Assembly (NCBI GenBank): GCA_044892525.1
Contig: CM097885.1
Location: 225,494,001-225,558,000 of the forward strand
Direction of reading: 5' to 3'
DNA: 64,000 nucleotides
From: Schmidtea polychroa
Taxonomy: Eukaryota
The notes under the pieces were generated by a model. That model saw nothing but the letters and a program-made list of their open reading frames with translations, was not told the DNA's origin and did not search any database. A program made the position numbers and the translations under genes. This document shows, piece after piece, positions 38,900-51,643 of the stretch (the stretch's first letter is position 1; the number at the start of each line of letters is the position of its first letter).

Positions 38900-39628
38900 C
38901 TAATTTAATGGACATAGATGATTTTGAAAAAGGGTGCCTTTATTGATGGATACTGAAAGTATCAAGTCATGTCGTCATATATGTATTAATTATCACTTTA
39001 AAATATCAAAACTACTTACCGATTCTATAATGGAGAGGAATCTTATTGCATGTCTTTGAAATGTTGGATTCATAGAATGTTAGAAACACTATTATATTCT
39101 TTATGACATCGCTCAATCTTACTGATTTCAATTTATCTTTTTCACTGTGTGTAAATTGAGTTTTGAAAGGTTGTCCAAAATAATGATAGAATACAGATTC
39201 TAATCTGTACTCAAGCTAAATGCAAATCTAGCCATAAAGATATAAATAATGAAACAAGATTACAATTTCCAAAAAATCACAAAATGCATTCTTAACGAGG
39301 CATATATAAATCTTTGCCGCATTAGTACTAAAGTTCTGATGTCCATTAAAATCGATAACCTGATATAAACATAAAAATTTTAGAAAAATTACATTATGAT
39401 TAATTTGTGTCATTGTTAGTATCCCATTTTTATTATTTGTGAAATATTATGAAATAAGATTCATTTAATGAACAATAAAATTACCAATTAAGATCTACAC
39501 TATTCAATAAATATAAAGTGATGATTTCTTGGTAGCAGCATTTATTATTTAAAACAATAAAGTGATAATTTAAGCCTTTTGCTGCAAATAATGTATTTAA
39601 TGAAAAGATATTTGAATATAAGATAGTC
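38900..39628 (-). CDS. Putative multi-exon host gene of unknown product (partial)
   Basis: Phase-compatible exons 39359-39264, 39215-39020 (GTAAGT donor) and 38952-38900 with 48- and 67-bp introns give VIDFNGHQNF...LEYRLESVFYHYFGQP...HYRIVSINKG...CPLN*. A weaker candidate exon starts at 39628. No domain recognised. Confidence 0.5.
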
Positions 39629-40195
39629 CTTGTCAATAAATAAATAGTTTCCATATACCGGTAGGTTTCTCATTTATAGATGCGTTTAAAAATGTTTTCA
39701 ATTTTTAGTAAAAAAAATAACGCCACTCATTTTACTTGATAAGATTAATTTTGTGGATAGAAAACATTTTATTATAAAAACCAAACATCCAATACAATTC
39801 TGAAGGTGTCCAAATAACAATTTGGTTTCTCAATTATAACTAATATTGCATTTATTAGCAGTATTGTGAATATTTTTATATAGAGATGAAATAAAATGAA
39901 TTAAATTTGAAGATGCTACAAATTAAAAAATAAACAACTTAGGGTGATAACTATTTTATAAAAAGGGGTCACCTAGTAATGATATCACGAGCTCTCGGTT
40001 GAATTTGAAACCCCAAATTTCTATCTTAACATGTCCTTACAAAATGTCAGACTTCCTATGAACGTGACGCCACAAAGCTAGTAACATTCACGCCCCCATC
40101 AAAAAATCTATTTCACTATTGAATAAATTAAACATTTTAAATTTATTAGGATTTGTCGGTCAAATAATAAATTAACAACTGTTAATCTGATAGGT

Positions 40196-41780
40196 AGGTG
40201 TAAGCCCTTTTTGCCACCATTAGTTATCGCGCGCTGGTTAGCAACAAAACCCCTACCCCCTCATTTTTTCAAGGTCAAGTCGCGATTATTGATTTTTAAA
40301 AGAGATTTTTATTTTTATTGATTTTAAAGTGCAAATCTTTCCAAATATTAAATTCAAGTATTGATTAAAATATGTAATACTTGATTAAAAAGTGTAAATA
40401 TTGATTTAAAAGTGAATTTTTAATATTTTGTTTTATCTCAAAGTAGCGCAGGAGTTTAAGATTTTCAAAATATTATTTCGACTAAAATATATAGGGTGAC
40501 GTCACCTACATCTTTGCTGACCACAACATTTTTGTATCTCCAAGATTTCTTTGGCGAAAAATTTAAATTTTTCAAAGAGAAAAGCTTGACAAGAAAAAGA
40601 TAATTTGAGATATTTGAAAATTTTCTTTTTGTAAAATATGGAGAATTACAAGCCCTACAACTTTACTGACCACATCTTGTTCAAATATTTATTGGAAAAT
40701 GGTCAAAAATACAAAGGTTTTGTACGTTAAATGGCACTAGGTTCCAGAACCTTATGATGCAAAAGTCTCTCAATTTTACTTTGTAAAATGATAAACCTTT
40801 GAGTGAAGTACATTTTTGATGAAGAAACCATTTTCATAACTTGTGGAAAAGACGGTTAAAATCACGTTCGAAATTCAGTATAATTTAAAATTTTAAATTC
40901 CCGCCACATGAGTTATCGATCTAACCCCCCTTTTTTTTCAAGGTCAATTTTTTTGACGGCTTTTAAAAAAAATTTATTGATTTGTAAGTGCAATTTAAAT
41001 CAGATGTGTTTTCAGTTATTCTTTATATTGAAACCATATTTTGGCCAGACATCCTACGCGATAAAGATGTATTCTTTAATGACAAACAAGAATTCTTACA
41101 AAATTTGTGGAAAATATTTTTTTTCGATAGACTTTTTTAAGGAACATTTTTGGGAACTAGAAGAACGCGACATAATTAGCCGAGACATATTCATAAAAAG
41201 TTGCGTCTTGATTCAACTAATAGGATTCTTTAATAGAATTCTCGAAAATTTTCTTGGTTCTCCTAGGAATTTAGAAAGTGTTTAGAAAGTTTAAAATATT
41301 TACCCGAAGAACTTAATTTTCTAAATTTAAATAGAATAATTAATCTTTCAACTAGTTTATAATTAAAAAACTTATTTTTAATTTTAATTATGTTTGACAT
41401 ACATTCATTTTAAACTATTCCGACAACTCACATTGAAACAGTTTAAGGACACAAATTTTCTTTAATTTTTCAATATGGATTTTTAAATTATTTAAATTCA
41501 TACACACATGTTTTAATTGCATTAGTGATTTTAATGTAAAATATTTTTGAAGAGAATTGATTGCCCCGATAAATAAAGAAGCTAAACCAGTTCGTTCGCC
41601 TCGTTAGTCATGAGTATGTATATGTAAGCCCTTTATGCCACCATTAATTACCGCGCACTGGTTAGACACAAAGCCCCTACCCCCATTTTTCTAGGTCAAG
41701 CCACGATTATTGATTTTTAAAAGAAAATTTTATTTTTATTGATTTTTAAGTGCAAATTTTGCAAAATAGAAATTTATGTA
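40196..41780 (+). repeat. Dispersed ~140-bp direct repeat (40196-40340, 41625-41765, partial copy 40903-41000)
   Basis: GTAAGCCCTTT(T/A)TGCCACCATTA...CCCCTACCCC...GGTCAAG...GATTATTGATTTTTAAAAG seen twice; weaker third copy. Confidence 0.75.
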
Positions 41781-42208
41781 TTGATATTTTTTGGCTATTT
41801 TGAGAACTCGACATAATTAGTCGCCCATGTCCGAATGGACTTTGAAATATTTTCATCCTATTTATTTATGATAGTTCATCGAAAATTGAGATATTTCAAC
41901 GGGACATTAAATTTTCCTTATTAGTTTTCAATGGAGATGTCGAATCTTTGTTCAAATGTCTAAGATTATTGCGCGAAATATGAATTTTTGTTTAAAGAAA
42001 TTCATTTTTTAATATATAGAGCCCACATGAATAAAGATATTAATACAAATATTTTTGTTTTAGATGTAATTCATAACAGAGATCTCGAATCTTTGTTTAA
42101 AAATAAAATATTTGCACAGGAAATTTAAAAATTATAAATTATTTTCAAATTCTTTTAATGTCAACATATACAAGTTGATTGTAGAATGATTGTAGAACAT
42201 TAATTTAA

Positions 42209-42807
42209 ATGGTTTTACAAAATGAAGCTGTTTATCAAATTTTCGGACCTAGTTGTAGTGGTAAAACTATTTTTGTATTAAAAAACTACTGCAATCTAAT
42301 TTGTTTGTTGAAAAATTCAACAAAATATATTGCCATCGAGGTTCGGAAACTGAAAATGGTTTGACTCATTCAGAATTTTGCAAAGTTCAAATGAAAATCA
42401 TAAAAGAATTTGATAAAGATTGGACAAAACGTTCATCATTATTGATGATTTGAATGAAGAAGCCAACAAAGAAAAGGAATTTAATAATTTGTTTACAAAA
42501 ATATCTAGACATGTTGGAGTTACAGTTATTTTTATAACTTAACTTAGGTGAAAATCATAGAACCCGTAATTTGAATGTACATTATCTTACAATTTTTAAA
42601 AACCCTAGAAATGCATCAGTTATTGATTTTCTAGCTAGACAAGCATATCCAAACAATAGGAAATTTTTATTTGAAGAGTTTCAAGATGCAACTTAAAATC
42701 CCCATGGTAATTTATTTCTAGACTTTACTCCGAAATGTAGTGATGATTTACGAGTTCGAACAGATATTTTCAACAAAAACGGTGCTACTGTATATAAACA
42801 AAGTTGA
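42209..42807 (+). pseudogene. Maverick A32/FtsK-like packaging ATPase
   Basis: Walker A GPSCSGKT, Walker B FIIIDDL, SRHVGVTVIFIT, YLTIFKNPRN, LARQAYP, LFLDFTP...LRVRTDIF; three frameshifts and a stop. Confidence 0.88.
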
Positions 42808-42929
42808 TCAAATCAAAAGACTAATAATAATGTCCTTTCAAAAAATAATTGTCAAACCTTCAAAGAAAAGGAAATTGAAATATTTGATTGGAAAACGTAA
42901 AAAGAGAAAGATTTCGAAAAATATTCCAC

Positions 42930-43150
42930 CGAAAACTAGTTATACAGAACCAAAAGAGTATGTCATTAAAGATTATGATAACAATGAAATTATAGGAAAA
43001 TTATATGAGCAAGAATTGCAAGTTATTCCAATTTCTACAACTTTTAGAATACAGAAAAATCTAAAGACAAGAAGAAAATGAAACATAAACAATATTACGT
43101 CAAGTGGAACGGATATCAAAACCCCACTTGGATATTGAAATCTCAGTTAA
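42930..43150 (+). pseudogene. Maverick integrase C-terminus with chromodomain (catalytic core deleted)
   Basis: YVIKDYDNNEIIGKLYEQELQ...FRIQKNLKTR...QYYVKWNGY. Confidence 0.8.
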
Positions 43151-43151
43151 A

Positions 43152-44160
43152 ATGAATAAAACTAATTTTTACATGATTTTACCAGCTATAGCTCTCCTTT
43201 AATCCATCCAAATAACAATGCTAGTAAATTTATTGTTGAACTTCAAAATCTAATCTATTTAAATGGTAGTTGGGAAGTGTCCTTGTTGGATTTTACATTT
43301 GTATATAATCTCTTCGTTTTACAGCAAATCCAAGATTGAATATACCAAGATGGAATCAGTATCATAAATTGTTAAAGAGAAGATAATTCAAGACAGCTAT
43401 GAAATGGTCAATCAAACAAATAAAATTGCGATAATATATGTTGAAGATAGATATTTATACTTTCAATGTTTGAAGCGACCATTTCAATTTTTATTTGAAA
43501 CCTTAACTGATGCAAAACGTCTAGAATTTACTATATTGCGTAACACTTTTCATGAATCATTGAAACTTGATCTTGATGGTCTTCCCAAAATTGATACTCT
43601 ATTCAAATTTCAACTCTTGTATAACAAAGCAGTTGAGTATGTCTATACATTTCAAGATGATTTGTATATTACAGATCTCGATCAATTACAAGTTTATTTA
43701 ACAAAACATTGTGAAAATATTTTCGCTGTTGTTTAATTATACAAATATTTTAAATTTCAAATGAATCCGATTGTTGGCCAAATGAAATTTGACTCTAATT
43801 TGGTAAAGACATTAGGATTATTAAAAGAAACGTATATACAAAACTTAAAAGTTAGCGAGGGAACATCGAAACCAAAATTAATAAAAACTTCATCAACAAA
43901 TGTTCATTTAAAGTAATATTATTGAATTTATATTTGTTGGTGATGTTAGTGTTCCTCTATTGAAATCAGTATGGATTGAAAAGCATGAGCAGAATGAATT
44001 CGTTCAAATATCGATTGAAAATCATATGTATTTATGTGTTTCAACATCATGTATAAACAATATAGAAATTAATATATGTGATGATAGCGGAAAATTGATA
44101 CAATTTCAAAAAGATTCAAAAACTCATTTGACTATACATTTTCGAAAGGTGAATGACTAA
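43152..44160 (+). pseudogene. Maverick minor capsid (penton) protein
   Basis: FYMILPSYSS...PNNNASKFIVEL...LNGSWEVSL at the start; VPLLKSV...MYLCVSTSCINNIEINICDDSGKLIQF...LTIHFRK at the end. Confidence 0.75.
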
Positions 44161-44381
44161 TCGTGATATTGTATCGCTTTATAGTGGTGGTCAAAATGGT
44201 GAAGAATTACCCTATTTTATTGGTAAAAAATGTGGATCCGGATGGCTCCAAACAATTGGAAGGCATGAAAACAGCAAAGGATGTAAAAATAAAAGATCAA
44301 AACATTCTTCCAACATTGAAAAGACATGCAATGGATGAAATTGGGAAAAACCTTCACCACTACCACCAATACAAAAACTAA
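44153..44381 (+). pseudogene. Maverick small core/pVII-like protein
   Basis: QNGEELPYFIGKKCGSGWLQTIGR, resembling the QxGxG.P.F.G...GxG motif that precedes the capsid gene. Confidence 0.55.
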
Positions 44382-44459
44382 CACCATAAAAAATTCTGAA
44401 TAAACGACGAAGATCTTGTATAAATAAAAGATGGAAAGGTCGTGGAACAATATTTCAAA

Positions 44460-45645
44460 ATGATAATGTGCGGCAAAACTGAATTGTGTATTTTTGATCG
44501 TCCATCTCCACAAGTAGTAATTGAAAATGGAATATTTGAAGATGTATATTTCCCATGAATTCAATTACTGATTAGAGAAATGATGTTGAATTTTTTATTA
44601 ATGGTTCACAGACTGAATATTTAGATTTGAATAATACTCTATTATCAATTCAATTGAAAGTTGTAGATAAAGACAAGAAAGATCTGGCGTAGATGTAGTA
44701 GATGGCGTAGATGTAGTACCTAGTAACTTCATGTTTCATACTCTATTTATAGATGTTATTAAGGGTTTTAATAATATCAAAGTCGATATGCATACTAAAC
44801 TTTAATTGAAACGATTTAAAACTATAATGGCGATACAAAGAGTGTTTGTCTTGCACCAAATGGGTTATGGAACTATAGAATTTAGGAAAAAATGGATTGC
44901 AAAATCGAGATTGTTTTCAATGTGTTCATCCTTACAACTAGATTTTATGGATCAACCAAAATAGTTACTTCCGAGGAGTTAATGTACACATTCTTATGAA
45001 GAGATCAGATTCAAAATTTATTTTGGACACACCCATTGTTGGTGCATCAACGAAATATCAATTTGTTGATGCAAAGTTAATGGTTCGACAAGTACGGGTT
45101 GAGTCATCGGTGTTGGCAGTTCAACAGATTGGTTTTAATTCACAACATGCGATTTATTCTATCAAAACCAAATAAATTGTTTCTTTTGCAATAAGCAAAG
45201 ATTCATCTTCTTTTTATAAAGAACAAATATTGGGTGATAAACGTTTACCAAATTTCATTCTGGTAACTTTTCAAGCAGAAGCCCAATATACGGAAAATTA
45301 GCTCAAATTTTGAAAATTTTAGTATAACTTCTTTAACATTATCAAATTTTTCTGATTATCGTGAAACATATACCCAAGATTTTGACAAAGATAATTATGC
45401 TACGTTATATATGCTTTCTATAATATGAAATGTGGGTTATTTAGACAAAAATTTGAATTGTGGAATCGATTTGTAGATTTTAAGAAGAAATACCCCTTCT
45501 TTACATTCATTTTTGCTCCTGACCTCGATAGGAATCAAAGTCAATTACCACAGAATGGTATACGTAATCATGCATACGTGATTATTTATAGAGTATTTGA
45601 GAACGAAATTCAAATTTCAGCTAATTGAACAATTTTAGTTTAAAC
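44460..45645 (+). pseudogene. Maverick major capsid (hexon-like double jelly-roll) protein
   Basis: KTELCIFDRPSPQVVIE, VEFFINGSQTEYLDLNNTLL, VPSNFMFHTLF, LQLDFMDQPK, DAKLMVRQVRV, VIIYRVFENEIQI; many lesions. Confidence 0.8.
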
Positions 45646-45699
45646 AAAGTTGATGTTGATGAAATACTTTAAGTATGGAGTAAGTTTGTTTTATTATAA

Positions 45700-46060
45700 A
45701 TGATTAACTTGATTAGTTCTGTTCAGCTAAACCGAATTGCAACAAATCCATTTGGAGACATGTTTTCGCAGTTTATCCATTAGATAAATCCCTTTTCTTG
45801 ACAAATACAATGCTATAATAGTCAATACTCAATCCTCAAGTCTAGGTGGCGAACATTGACAAGTAGTCTTTGTGAAACCGGAAAAAATGTATGTGTTTGA
45901 CCCCATGGGCTATTGCTATCCATCTCTGCTAGTGTCAAAATTATCAAAACATATTGTCTACAGCAGAATTATATATCAAGAACCATTACAATGGGACAAT
46001 ATTGTATTGATTCGTTATGTTTGATGTTTAATAAATGTTAGTTAATGATTTTTAGTTCTT
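45700..46060 (+). pseudogene. Maverick adenain-like cysteine protease
   Basis: IIVNTQSSSLGGEH[W]...YVFDPMG...GQYC; the catalytic Cys codon region is damaged. Confidence 0.75.
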
Positions 46061-46271
46061 AATTACAAAAACAAACAAAAATGACACATTTTCTATACAA
46101 GTTTTATTATATAACATTGACAAGTTTTATTATGTACAGAATATTCACAATGAGTCAAGTCAAATAAATGTTTTTCGAGATCACAATGCCATATATTATG
46201 GAAATTTATTATCTTAACATTCCTCAGAAATTGTTATGAATTATGTCCATATGCGAAACTCTGATTCTTAC

Positions 46272-47580
46272 CTACCAAATCGTCTTGTCATCATCTTTTG
46301 TAAGTGCTGTTTTTGTTGTTTTAAATGTTAAAAGTTGATTGTTTGATCCAATATGATTCTGATATACCTTTGGAACTATGATTCCATTGTAACAATCAAT
46401 GTAAGACTGATGACTTATTTCCGTGTGTTTTAATCTAATTCCTTTTGCTTTCATATTTTTATTCGTTCCTCCCAAAAGACTGTAACTTTTCGGACGAAGA
46501 AAAACCCATTCATCATATTTAAGCCCTTTGCTCTCATCCTTGAATTTACCAATAACATAATCTAATTTTTTACTATACAAAGGATAAGTGGGTTAAAAAT
46601 TTGACGAATCCAACAAATTACCCGAGATAATTGCTTTTAATAAAGTTTCCAATTTGATGTATCTACATTCTAAAACGAACGAAATGGTATCACCAGCAAC
46701 AATATTTATTTGGCAATTGAATTCTCTTCGTTATTTTTCAAGTTCAATGTATTGAAGCTGGTACATTCGGAGTTTTGACAAATCCAAAACTGATTGACGT
46801 ATATAGGAAGGTCTATCTAAACAAACGCTATCCTAATTTAAGATAGCAGCAATTAAATTGTACTAAATCTTTATACTTTTTCCAAACGACGGTTTTGAAG
46901 CATAAGTCATCATTTTGCTTTTGGAATTACAAAGTCTCAAATTTAATCGTTTCTTCAAATTTGCCATTGTTTTTCCGTAAAAACTATTATTTAATAGTTT
47001 GTAATAACCTTTATTCAAATCAGTTCGTGATTTTACACACAATTTCGTGTTGGTTTCAACATATTTCTTAAATATTGGAGTTTGATTGAACTTGATTGCC
47101 CTATGTATTTTTAATATTTGAACACCTAACATCACATAAATCTTTAATAATCGCCAATGTATGACATAGTTTCTTTTGGGTTCATGTGTCAACAAAGGTT
47201 TCTGAACTTTTGTAGCTTTTGGACACATTTTTTCTGCTGCAACAGGTAGATCGTCTAAAAAATAGTGGATTTCATCGAGAATATCTAAGAACATTTTTCT
47301 AGAAAAATCTTGATGAATCCATTCAAATTCTCCATATGGTAGATGTTGACTTAGATCCCACCCATACAAGTTGTTGATATCAATGTACAAAAACTCAGTG
47401 TTTTCATCCGATTTTACATAATGTTTGTTGACAAATTTAGCCCACCTCTGATCCCTGCTTCATAGAAATTGTACATTTCCATAACTTGTAGATACTCCAT
47501 AGGCCAATCCAAAGTCATGAGCGCTGATGCTCATGAAATACCTGGAAACCATTGTAAGGTAATGATTTATGTTGTTGCTT
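46272..47580 (-). pseudogene. Protein-primed B-family DNA polymerase (Maverick pPolB), C-terminal part
   Basis: FYEAGIRGG, YIDINNLYGW, YYKLLNNSFYGKTM, VAGDT, IGKFKDE...VFLRPKSYS. Confidence 0.9.
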
Positions 47581-47627
47581 TAATACAATGGAAAAAAAAT
47601 CAGTGGTGATATTAGAAATAAACTATC

Positions 47628-47630
<3 letters not shown>

Positions 47631-47660
<30 letters not shown>
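47631..47660. repeat. (AT)n microsatellite
   Basis: 15 units, read directly. Confidence 0.95.
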
Positions 47661-47666
<6 letters not shown>

Positions 47667-48257
47667 TTTATTTAAAATGATTAACTTATAAAATAAATTT
47701 CTTATGATAATTTATTTATATAATAAAAATTTATTATTCCTTACATTTTACAGTTTTCTTCACTTTCCTGTGGCGTTTATTTCTTTCCTAAAATAATGCA
47801 TGAATTGTAAATATAAATATATTTTAAATTACCGTTTCCACAAAAATATGATTTCTTTTGTTTATCTTGGCTTTCTTGCAGATAAGTAAATCTTCATAAA
47901 CAAGAAAATAAAATCTTACTCGTAGGATATAAAATTTTAATTGATTTTATAAATTTAAATTTGAATTAATGATAAATTAAAACAAATAGTTGTTGTTTCT
48001 AGACAATTATCGTTAGTAGGTAACTAAAGAAATATATATAGTGATCAACTAGAATATTCTTTAATATTTATTTACTTTATTTTAATATGTAACTAAACAA
48101 TTTTGTTAGTTGGTAACAAATGTTTAACTATTCATAATTATGAAAATATTCTTATATATTATTTAATTATTGTTTAAATAATATAACGAAATTATTGTTA
48201 GGCAACTGTAAATAATTATTGTTTTGTTTGTCAGCATTAATTGTTAAATAAAAACAC

Positions 48258-48668
48258 TTAAAATTGATAAAACTTTATTAAACTTGAAATAAATAAAACC
48301 AAAAATTTAAAAATAACTTTTATAAAACATTGTTTTTGTAATTTCATTAAATGTTCCCAGTCAACGTTTTCTTTTATCCAAGGATAGATTTTAATTATTT
48401 CTGCTTATCTATTTAAATATTTGTTTTTCTTTTGAACATGAAGTAAGAATTTTCCGAATTTACATAAAACTTACGATTACTTTACCCCATCGAATACTAT
48501 CTTCAAAAAAAGATTCGAATACAATCTTTTTCTTGGAGCAAAAACTGGTGAAAAATCAACGTTTCAGTGACTCTCAGCTTGCAGTATTAGATTGTTTAGA
48601 CATTCAACTATTTTATCATTACTACCATAAACCAATCCGTTGATAATCATGATTATATAATCTTTCAT
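48258..48668 (-). pseudogene. Possible intronless Bcl-2-family relic
   Basis: In order: MKDYIIMII (BH4-like), VECLNNLILQAE (BH3-like), FFEDSIRWGKVIVSF (BH1-like), PWIKENVDWEHL (BH2-like), then a hydrophobic tail and stop. Needs two frameshifts and three internal stops. Confidence 0.35.
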
Positions 48669-48859
48669 TTTAAAAGAAAAAGTTTATGAAAGAAACATAG
48701 GATTTCATAATGTGAATGTTAAATGCTTTAATTTGATTGATTGTTGTAAAATAATTGCATAATAATTGCATAGTATTACAATAATTTGATTAGTTGAAAT
48801 AAAATAAAAAATTAGTTGAATCAAAATAGCTCCAAGTAAAATTATATTACCAGTGTGGA

Positions 48860-51260
48860 CAGGAACGGATTTAGCTTTTTGGGGGCCCAGAGTTTAAAAA
48901 TACCAAGGGGCCCTACACGTTTCGAAAAAAAAATGTTTTCTTTATTGGCTTTGACTCACGCCTTCGCCATTGACTATAAAAAATTTTAAAATATAAAAGA
49001 CAGTATTAAAGGTTAATTATTATTTATTACATTTTTATTAAATACTCGTATATGTATTAAGAAGTACAAACAAGGATATTAAAGTACAATCAAAATTATT
49101 TATTACATTTTCATTAAACATATATTAAGTACAATCTCAATGAAATTAAATACAATACAATTACAATAACAGATTATTAAATTTTAAAATTATTATGACG
49201 CATTTTTCTGACTTTTTTCTCGGCATATTCCTTAATAACTTTATCATAGTTCAATGACTTCGTTAAATCACTTTCCATTGATAAAATTATCAAGTCACAT
49301 TATTCATTTTATTCCTTTGTTTATTTTTAATGTAACTCATTCTGTGAGAATGATCTTTCTGCTTCACAATTACTAATAGGTATCGTAAGGAAAATTTTTA
49401 ATAATGTATATAAATTTGGAAAAGTATCAATTAATTGTTTATCGTAAATAATTTTTAAAAATTGTGCACAATTAAATTGAGCTTGTTCGTCAACTGTAAT
49501 TATATCAATGTATTTTTTAAAATGAATACACTCATTTTTCAAGGTGGCAATATCGTCAACATCATCTTTATCAAAATTATATACTTTTTCAATACTGGAT
49601 TCATCGATTTCTTTTTTGTTAACAATATCAAATAAAAATTTAAAATAGCTGGAATTTTCCTCGTAAATTTTACTTTGTTTTTTGAATTCAATTAGAAATT
49701 TGTCTAAAACGACGTTCAAAACTTCAATTCTAAATTTATCTTTTCCTGTTAATTTATGTTCACCTCCTGTTGTTCCGTCTGAATATTTTAGTATTCTTAT
49801 TTTAACTTTGTATTCTTCACTGAGATCATTAATTAAAATTTATGCCGATATCTCGTATTGGGTCAATTCGGTGTCATGTTATTTCTTTTTTCTTTAATAA
49901 ACGATTCAAGTGAAGAAAAAAGAGTAGAAGCTTCTAATAAATCAAGCCCAGGTGTTTGTAATTTTTTATTTACTTTATTTATTCTTTCTAAAATTTGTTC
50001 CCAAAAAATAACTAAAATTCCATTTTCCAATGTAGTCATTTTACTATATAATATTTTTGCCTCTCTTTTTGGGTTCATTTTTTCATTGCTATCGTTTCCA
50101 ATTGTTTTTAAAACTGTCAAAATTACGTTATAATTATTTTTTAAAACTTTGACAGCTTCATAATCACCGCTCCATCTAGTATTCCTCAAATTTTTTAAAG
50201 AAAGCGTTTTCTCATTTAACTTTAACGCTTCTGTCATTGCAGTGGAATTTGAAAAAATACAAATAATTGTTGGATTATACCAAAAAATGATTCAACATCA
50301 TGTACAACATTTGCAGTTTCTACTCCGACTAAATTTAGACTAGATGTAATGTGTGTTATTGTTAAGAATCTTTCATAAATATTAACTTTGTAGCAATATC
50401 TTATTATTATAGACAGTTGATCTATGTGAGCCACATCGGGGGTTGAATCAACAATAATGGAGAAATATTTTATATCGCATGAATTAACTTGATCTATAAT
50501 CTTTTTAGTCACCTGTTTTGCCATTAATTTGGTTATTTCTTCGTATACAAATTTAGATAAATAAGAAACATTGGTTTTCTATAATACATTTTTGTATATG
50601 TTCCTTAAGAAAAGGATCAAATTCAGAAATTAATTCTAAACATCCCATAAAATTTCCATTATCTGAAACTCCGAATCTTTCATTATAACCACGTAACGGT
50701 AAACTTCGTTCACTTAGAAATTTTATAACAGTAACAACACGCTTCAAAATATTATAGAATTTATTCGATTCCTGTTATATTTCTTGTATTAATTGCTTGT
50801 CGAAAGTATTTTTATTTTCCTTTCGCGTTGACCAGGTAATTACGGCATTCTTGTGTGAATTAGACTTTTCGTTGCCTATAACATATTCTTCTCCATGTTT
50901 CCAGTGAGAAAATCCATTGGAAAATGCTTGAGCGTTAGACGAAAATAGCTTACACATTAAATAAAAAGTTCCCTGTGCTTTTCGAGTAAGAGATCCAAAT
51001 TCTTGGCATAGGCTGTGCATTTTAAGCTGTTTTTTAAATAATCCCTCCGAAAAATATCGTTTCTGTGTATTTAATATTCTACAGAAAGCCTCTTAGTCGC
51101 ATTTATGGGAAACTTTATTTTGAAAATATATTGGGTCTTTCGTTAAACAAAAATTAATGAAATCCCTATTTAATACTTTTGGCCATGTCCCGAAATCACA
51201 ACAATTAAAATCTTTATCTTGTGAAGACAGTGCAATGATGTTTGTGGAGGTTTCAATTCT
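48860..51260 (-). mobile_element. Degraded hAT transposon (ZMYM1-like/TTF-type)
   Basis: FSNGFSHWK, LPLRGYNE...GNFMGCLELI, FSIIVDSTPDVAHIDQLS, LRNTRWS, FLTIPISNCEAERSFS; CAGGAACGGATTTAG end at 48860; 5' end lost. Confidence 0.9.
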
Positions 51261-51602
51261 AGTTTTCAGTTGACGCTGAAAAGATGTGTCAATCTGGATC
51301 TAAAGTTGAGAAGTTGATGCTTACACATCATCCCAAGAAGAACTATGTTATTCTTTGGAAACTTCTCAAGCTTTTTCTTTTTCTTGGTGTAAAATTAATT
51401 CATGTACATAGGGCAATTAAATTCACAAACGATAATATTTTTAAAGATTACATCGATACCAATACCCTACTTAGGGCGGAATCGAGTAATGTCTTGAATA
51501 AAAATATTATAAGTTATTAAATAATAGTCTCTACAGAAAGACCGTAGAGAATCTGAAAAAACGTCTGAATTTGCGGCTTGTAATTCGGCTTCTAGGCTAA
51601 TT

Positions 51603-51643
<41 letters not shown>

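Larger units (their letters stand above)
42209..47580. mobile_element. Decayed Maverick/Polinton (endogenous polintovirus/adintovirus-like element)
   Basis: ATPase, integrase chromodomain, penton, core protein, major capsid and protease on +, convergent pPolB on -. TIRs and TSD not identified. Confidence 0.88.
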
